DNA from: a virus
Direction: 5' to 3' (one strand)
DNA length: 64,000 nucleotides
Virus record (IMG/VR): IMGVR_UViG_3300021961_000054
Span: 1-64,000 of that record
The position numbers and the translations under genes are program-made. The notes beneath the pieces are model-generated. The model saw only the letters and a list, made by a program, of their open reading frames with translations. It searched no databases and was not told where the DNA came from. This document shows, one piece after another, positions 59,360 through 64,000 of the stretch. Within the stretch, counting starts at the first letter, position 1. The number at the start of each line of letters is the position of its first letter.

Positions 59360-59981
59360 TTACGAAGAAATTAAAAAATTATTAAAAGCATCTAAAAGTA
59401 TGCTATCAAATAGTAAAACAATAAACGAAAATAGAGTTATTGGTAGTAAGTATGGTATTATTTTAGAACAACCATTAGATGTTGAGGAGCCAAATAATAT
59501 AACTAAAAAAGATAATCCGTATGATAGTATTGAAAACGAAATTAAAAAAGATGAATACGAAACCGCGGACTCTAAAAATACTGAAAAAGACATAAAAAAA
59601 GATAAGAAAAAAGGTTATAGAATTTCTGGTGGTTTATTTTATATACATGGTAAAACAAATAAGGATTTACAATTAACAACAGATGATAAAACCGCCTTCC
59701 AAGAAAGTATGGATGAGTTTGTAAATGAAGTAGCAGAAATTGTCGATTTTAATAAGTTAAATCTATATCCAAATAATGTAGAGTGGTCTGGAAAAATAAC
59801 AGAGTACGACATTGAATTCTTTTTTTCTATTGGTGAAAATAATGGTGTTTATATTAATGGAACAATGATGAAAGTTGACGATGAATTCTTAGATATGATG
59901 AATAAGTTAAAAACTTATTATGAAAAATTTAAGACTAAATGGTCTAAAATTATTGCATCAAGAAAAAAAACTAAAGAATAA
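59352..59981 (+). CDS. Hypothetical protein, possible head-internal protein
   Basis: EEIKKLL, INE and ILEQ motifs in the N-terminal part. Confidence 0.55.
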   Translation: MSNYEEIKKLLKASKSMLSNSKTINENRVIGSKYGIILEQPLDVEEPNNITKKDNPYDSIENEIKKDEYETADSKNTEKDIKKDKKKGYRISGGLFYIHGKTNKDLQLTTDDKTAFQESMDEFVNEVAEIVDFNKLNLYPNNVEWSGKITEYDIEFFFSIGENNGVYINGTMMKVDDEFLDMMNKLKTYYEKFKTKWSKIIASRKKTKE

Positions 59982-60334
59982 TGAAAACCTTTTTTTTAAA
60001 ATATATTAAAGAAATTTTATTAGTTGTATTAACACTACTTATTGTTTTTTTATTATATCTAATTTTTAAACCAACTAATGATAAGTCAGAATTATTACAG
60101 TATAAATTAGAACAATTAGACAACTCAATAAATAGTTTAAAATTAGACCAAAAAAGACTAACAGACTCAATAGTATCATATAAAAATGATATAAACAAAA
60201 TTGATGGTAAGCTTGAAGTAATTAAAAATAAGAAATCAACTGTTAATAACTTTTATAGTGAAAAGAATGGTGAGATTGAAAACTCAACCAATAAACAATT
60301 AGATAGCTTATTTAGAAAAAGATATAATTATTAA
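59981..60334 (+). CDS. Membrane-anchored coiled-coil protein (i-spanin-like)
   Basis: Single N-terminal TM followed by coiled coil. Confidence 0.5.
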   Translation: MKTFFLKYIKEILLVVLTLLIVFLLYLIFKPTNDKSELLQYKLEQLDNSINSLKLDQKRLTDSIVSYKNDINKIDGKLEVIKNKKSTVNNFYSEKNGEIENSTNKQLDSLFRKRYNY

Positions 60335-60335
60335 T

Positions 60336-60752
60336 ATGAAAGGAATTCTAATAATATTATTTTGTTTTTTTACTGGAAATGTATTTACCCAGGATACAAG
60401 TAAAACCATAATTAAAGTTGACGACATTTGTATACCAAATAATATTGCAAAGGAGATTTTAAAAGACTTAAATGACTTAGATAGACTTAAAGAGATTGAG
60501 AAATTAAACAATGAGGAAATCCAAACTCTAGAAGAAAAAATAAAAAAACAAGAGTTAATTATTTTAGCTCTAGAAGAGAAGAACAAGAATAGTGAGTTAA
60601 TTATTAGTAAAACTGAAGAAAAAGTTACATTAATTGACGAAGATAATAAAGAGCTAAGAAAACAAAATAAAAAACTTAGAATAAAAAATACAGTAATTGA
60701 GATTTTTACTGGTGTCGCTATTGGCACAATGATCATACTACAAATTTTTTAA
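60336..60752 (+). CDS. Secreted coiled-coil protein with C-terminal TM (spanin partner candidate)
   Basis: Signal peptide ending VFT|Q, coiled coil, hydrophobic C-terminus. Confidence 0.5.
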   Translation: MKGILIILFCFFTGNVFTQDTSKTIIKVDDICIPNNIAKEILKDLNDLDRLKEIEKLNNEEIQTLEEKIKKQELIILALEEKNKNSELIISKTEEKVTLIDEDNKELRKQNKKLRIKNTVIEIFTGVAIGTMIILQIF

Positions 60753-60754
60753 AT

Positions 60755-61003
60755 ATGGCATTAACAAATACAGATAAAAAAGAAATTGAAGCCATAACTC
60801 GTAGGGAGATACGAGACTTTTTTAATTCAAATACTGCAAAACAGTTTGAAGATAAATTGGTTGATAGAATAAAAAAAGAAATGGGTAGAAATGGTAAATT
60901 AAACGATGATATTAAAGATTTAATTATAAAATCGTTTAGAGAATTTTATACAATAATGTACCAGCAAAGGAGTTTCTGGGAGTCAAAATTTAAAGGACTA
61001 TGA
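60755..61003 (+). CDS. Hypothetical helical protein (82 aa)
   Basis: ORF track. Confidence 0.7.
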   Translation: MALTNTDKKEIEAITRREIRDFFNSNTAKQFEDKLVDRIKKEMGRNGKLNDDIKDLIIKSFREFYTIMYQQRSFWESKFKGL

Positions 61004-61722
61004 CTATTCTTGAAAACTTTAAAGACGCACTAAATAAAGCATTTTTTGAAGCTGGTGTACTAGGTATTGACGCGGCGAATGCTAAAAAAGATTTTTTAGG
61101 TGAAGAAAGTGATTTTGACTCATTAAATTTTTTAACATATCTAAATGATGTGGACGACATCTTTAAAGTTTTAAAACTTGTAAAGAATAAAAAATTATCA
61201 AATAATAAAATTAAAGATGAAATTAGAAAACTTTTAAAAGATCCAGAAGATTTAAATAAGTTTTTAAAATCAGTATTAAATGTTTATAAAACAAATAAAG
61301 AAAAACCAAAAAAAGAAGAAAATAAAGAGGCAACAGGCACCGGAGCAAGTTCTGGATCTTTTGAACCTCTTTTTGGTGGTGATATGTCTAAAGATGATAT
61401 AAAAAAAACTGAAACTAAGGAAGCCACGGGATCAGCATCATCCGGACAATACTCAACGAATAAAATTTGGGCCAAATCAACAAGTAAGAAAGACTGGAGA
61501 GGAAGAGCTAAAACACAAATTCCTGGTGGAAAATTTGTCCAGGTTAAAAAAAAATGTAAAAAATTCCCTTATTGTAATCAAGGAGATATTAATGCGGTTA
61601 ATATTTTTGAGAATCAAACACTAATGACTGTTATTGAAACCACAGCTAGAAAGTATGGAATAACAAAAAATAAAGTTATTGATATTATTATTAATGAAAT
61701 TAAGATAAATACTAAAAACTAA
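61000..61722 (+). CDS. Hypothetical protein with duplicated KEATGxxxS.G motif
   Basis: ENKEATGTGASSGSF and ETKEATGSASSGQY; CKKFPYCNQG. Confidence 0.7.
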   Translation: MTILENFKDALNKAFFEAGVLGIDAANAKKDFLGEESDFDSLNFLTYLNDVDDIFKVLKLVKNKKLSNNKIKDEIRKLLKDPEDLNKFLKSVLNVYKTNKEKPKKEENKEATGTGASSGSFEPLFGGDMSKDDIKKTETKEATGSASSGQYSTNKIWAKSTSKKDWRGRAKTQIPGGKFVQVKKKCKKFPYCNQGDINAVNIFENQTLMTVIETTARKYGITKNKVIDIIINEIKINTKN

Positions 61723-61744
61723 ATATTTATAATAAAAAATTATT

Positions 61745-62971
61745 ATGAAAGATATTGAAAATTATATAAGAGGTATTAAAAATAGACTAATCAATGAAAC
61801 TATCGACTCTAAGGTTGATGAGATTCTAGAAAAATTAAATAGTGATGAATTTGATTATGTTGCCGAGGGAAATCTTTGTGAGTGTGGAGGATCTATTTAT
61901 GAAAACGAATGTATTGAGTGTGGTAAAATGTATGAAGACGATTGTATGGAGTGTGGTGGTAAAAAATTAGACATTCTAGAATTAGAAGACCCAAGTTGGT
62001 TTGAAGAAACTGACGACATAATACGAAGTAATCGTTTTAGTAAAGACAAATACGATAAATGGAATCTTAAAGGTAAAAAACATCACAATAAAAAACGTCA
62101 AAAATATGATGATAAAGATGAAGATGAAATCTTATTTGATTTAGAAATAGACGAAGATGATATGGGAGAAGGAAACGCTTTTGGATATAAATTAAAAAAA
62201 GCTAGAGAGGATGGTGATGATGAGTTTGAACTTGGTGGAAGAAAGATTCGTGTTACAAACGAGTCTATACTATATAGTCTTTCAGATGAGAAAGGTAGTG
62301 AATTATTTACCGAGGATGAAGTCATTGATTTGATAGAGAGTATTGTTAATGAAGAAAATGTAAAATCTAACATTAAAAAAGGTGTTACACCAGTTGGTTT
62401 AGCAACATATGAAAAAGCACACAAAGGGTCTAAAAAGGAAAATGATGAGTATTTAAATTCTGTTGTAAAAAAACTAAAAGATTATTTAAAAGATGGGTCA
62501 AAAGGTGACTTTGAAATGGACCCAAAGAAATTCCCAAAGGGTAATGGCGAGTTAGAAAAAATGAAAACTAAAAAATACACAATGTCAGATGATGGTAAAG
62601 AATTTTTAGACGATTTTATGCACCCAGGAATGGAAGACCTTGTACCTGACGAGATTCAATACGATGAAGATTGGGTTGATGATTTAATTGGCGGTGCTTC
62701 TAGAACTGGAAATAATTCAGAGTGGGCAAATGGTGAAGAAACAGATTTAGGCGAAAAACTAAATAAAAAGAGAAAAACTAAAAAATTCCATAACGCAAAA
62801 ATGATGGCCTATAGAAAATCACCACAACCAGTTACAGATGGTACCGGTGAAAATAGTGGAAGTGGTGTGAATATTAAAGTTGAAAACACAAACGAGAAAC
62901 AAAAACAAAAACTAAATGAAGAATTTAGTAGAATTCAACAACTAATGGGATATACAAAAAAGACACAATAA
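61745..62971 (+). CDS. Acidic protein with C(x)ECG repeats; possible head-internal/core protein
   Basis: CECGG, CIECG, CMECGG; C-terminal LNEEFSRIQQLMGY; TATTTAT upstream. Confidence 0.6.
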   Translation: MKDIENYIRGIKNRLINETIDSKVDEILEKLNSDEFDYVAEGNLCECGGSIYENECIECGKMYEDDCMECGGKKLDILELEDPSWFEETDDIIRSNRFSKDKYDKWNLKGKKHHNKKRQKYDDKDEDEILFDLEIDEDDMGEGNAFGYKLKKAREDGDDEFELGGRKIRVTNESILYSLSDEKGSELFTEDEVIDLIESIVNEENVKSNIKKGVTPVGLATYEKAHKGSKKENDEYLNSVVKKLKDYLKDGSKGDFEMDPKKFPKGNGELEKMKTKKYTMSDDGKEFLDDFMHPGMEDLVPDEIQYDEDWVDDLIGGASRTGNNSEWANGEETDLGEKLNKKRKTKKFHNAKMMAYRKSPQPVTDGTGENSGSGVNIKVENTNEKQKQKLNEEFSRIQQLMGYTKKTQ

Positions 62972-63021
62972 TTTACTTAAAATAAATCTTATATTATTAT
63001 TCTCCATAGATAGATATATTT

Positions 63022-63510
63022 ATGGAGAATAATTTTTTTAACTACATTACAAACCCATTAAGTAAAGATGAGGTTGATGTTTGGTTTAAATCTAATAATA
63101 TTATTTTTGAAAAACTAGAATTATATTTTGATTTTTCATATAGTTTATATAGTATAATATATAATACGTATCTTGGTGAATCAGAGATAAATCAAAAACA
63201 AAGTGTTATTATGTCAGATAATGACAATATTAACCATTTTAATTGGTGTTGGAAAAAAAACATAGAAAATTTTAAAAAAGAAAATATTTCATTTAATAAA
63301 GAAGGATCACACTATCTATATTTTAAAGATTTTTTTAATGAAATTTTTTATAGTCCAGAAAAAAAAGAGTTTAAAGAAACTATTGATAAATTTTTACTAG
63401 ACATATTTAGTTTAGACACTAACTTTAGTAAATCAGACTTGGATTTATTATTAACAATTTATAAATCTTTGGACTTAAATATGACGTATATATCTTTACA
63501 TAAAAATTAA
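63022..63510 (+). CDS. Hypothetical protein (162 aa)
   Basis: ORF track. Confidence 0.7.
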   Translation: MENNFFNYITNPLSKDEVDVWFKSNNIIFEKLELYFDFSYSLYSIIYNTYLGESEINQKQSVIMSDNDNINHFNWCWKKNIENFKKENISFNKEGSHYLYFKDFFNEIFYSPEKKEFKETIDKFLLDIFSLDTNFSKSDLDLLLTIYKSLDLNMTYISLHKN

Positions 63511-63550
63511 TTTTTTTATTATATAACAAATAAACAATAAATTTTATAAT

Positions 63551-63721
63551 ATGAAAACTTTAGAAGAAATTAAAAATATGGTAGACACACTAACTGTCGA
63601 TGTTACTAAATTTTATGGTGGTAATAATTCCGCTGGGACTAGAGCTAGAAAAGACGCACAGGAATTAACTAAACTACTAAAACAACTTAGATCTGAAATC
63701 CTAGATGAGAGAAAGAAATAA
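63551..63721 (+). CDS. Histone H1-like protein, Hc1 family (56 aa; not in track)
   Basis: MKTLEEIKNMVDTLTVDVTKFYGGNNSAGTRARKDAQELTKLLKQLRSEILDERKK; GNxxAGTRARK is the Hc1 N-terminal domain signature. Confidence 0.82.
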   Translation: MKTLEEIKNMVDTLTVDVTKFYGGNNSAGTRARKDAQELTKLLKQLRSEILDERKK

Positions 63722-63906
63722 TGGTAGATATTAAAAATATATTTTTATTTGTTTTTATATTCACTTTATTAGTGTGTATTAGGAATATTGTAATATTGTT
63801 TATATCGATATTTAAAACACCACCAAAACAAGTTAAATATACTAATAAAGAAATTATATATATAGGACTTAGTATTTCATATATAATAACCTACTTACTA
63901 AATTAA
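63721..63906 (+). CDS. Small membrane protein (2 TM)
   Basis: TAATG-coupled; two hydrophobic stretches. Confidence 0.65.
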   Translation: MVDIKNIFLFVFIFTLLVCIRNIVILFISIFKTPPKQVKYTNKEIIYIGLSISYIITYLLN

Positions 63907-63911
63907 TAATT

Positions 63912-64000
63912 ATGACATTTTACGAAGAAATTGAACTAGTATATCCATACTTAGTTTCTATTAGAAAACTAAAAGAATATCTTAGTTTTGATATCGAATT
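63912..64000 (+). CDS. Partial CDS running off the window
   Basis: MTFYEEIELVYPYLVSIRKLKEYLSFDIE..., no stop before the window end. Confidence 0.6.
   Translation, partial: MTFYEEIELVYPYLVSIRKLKEYLSFDIE

Noticed and set aside
63017-63023. TATTTAT as promoter of the 63022 gene
   Set aside because: The motif overlaps the ATG itself, so it cannot serve that start; likely chance in AT-rich sequence.
1-64000. Short antisense and nested ORFs in the track (e.g. 349..618, 5490..5753, 17004..17495, 45794..46102, 60308..60736)
   Set aside because: They lie within or opposite long, motif-supported plus-strand genes and have no recognisable motifs; shadow ORFs.
1-64000. Alternative genetic code (stop-codon reassignment, known in some large phages)
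   Set aside because: Conserved genes are full length in the standard code, coding density is high, and TAA, TGA and TAG all end genes cleanly (TAG ends the sigma factor).
1-64000. tRNA, rRNA or CRISPR array
   Set aside because: Intergenic gaps are short and AT-rich; no cloverleaf or repeat-spacer pattern seen by eye. The 26- and 33-bp repeats occur only twice each and flank genes.
1-64000. Bacterial chromosome or eukaryotic giant-virus origin
   Set aside because: Contractile-tail baseplate genes, T4-like replication proteins, a sigma-70 factor and coupled operons without cellular housekeeping genes indicate a large tailed phage.

Overview
A 64 kb, very AT-rich, gene-dense and almost entirely plus-strand segment of a large tailed phage genome (jumbo myovirus-like), most probably infecting a Bacteroidota host. 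Host evidence: a Bacteroidota-type primary sigma factor, TTTG-N20-TAnnTTTG promoters, SprB repeats, an Hc1-like protein and DUF5522. Order: end of a giant baseplate-hub-like protein; replication/recombination block (gp32-like SSB, RecA/UvsX, intein-interrupted C5 DNA methyltransferase, 5'-3' exonuclease, DnaB helicase, class II RNR, HNH endonuclease); a ~27 kb baseplate/tail/fibre block (gp25, gp6/J-like, P2-gpI-like, SprB-repeat, SHAEG-repeat and Cys-rich/Thr-tract proteins, plus a glycosyltransferase); RuvC, primase, PD-(D/E)XK nuclease, SbcD/SbcC, sigma-70, three tandem DNMT3-like methyltransferases; then membrane/lysis-like and putative head-internal proteins. Best candidate for an undescribed system: a glycosyltransferase resembling plant protein O-glycosyltransferases (SERGT/HPAT) sitting among virion proteins with mucin-like poly-Thr/Pro-Thr tracts, i.e. 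possible phage-encoded virion O-glycosylation. Other highlights: an intein whose +1 residue is the methyltransferase catalytic Cys, single genes bracketed by direct repeats of their start regions, a conserved TATTTAT putative late promoter, a Zn-ligand-deficient amidase, and small ORFs missed by the track (CDGSH Fe-S protein, Hc1). All family calls are by motif recognition from memory; no searches were run. No tRNA, rRNA or CRISPR array was seen.
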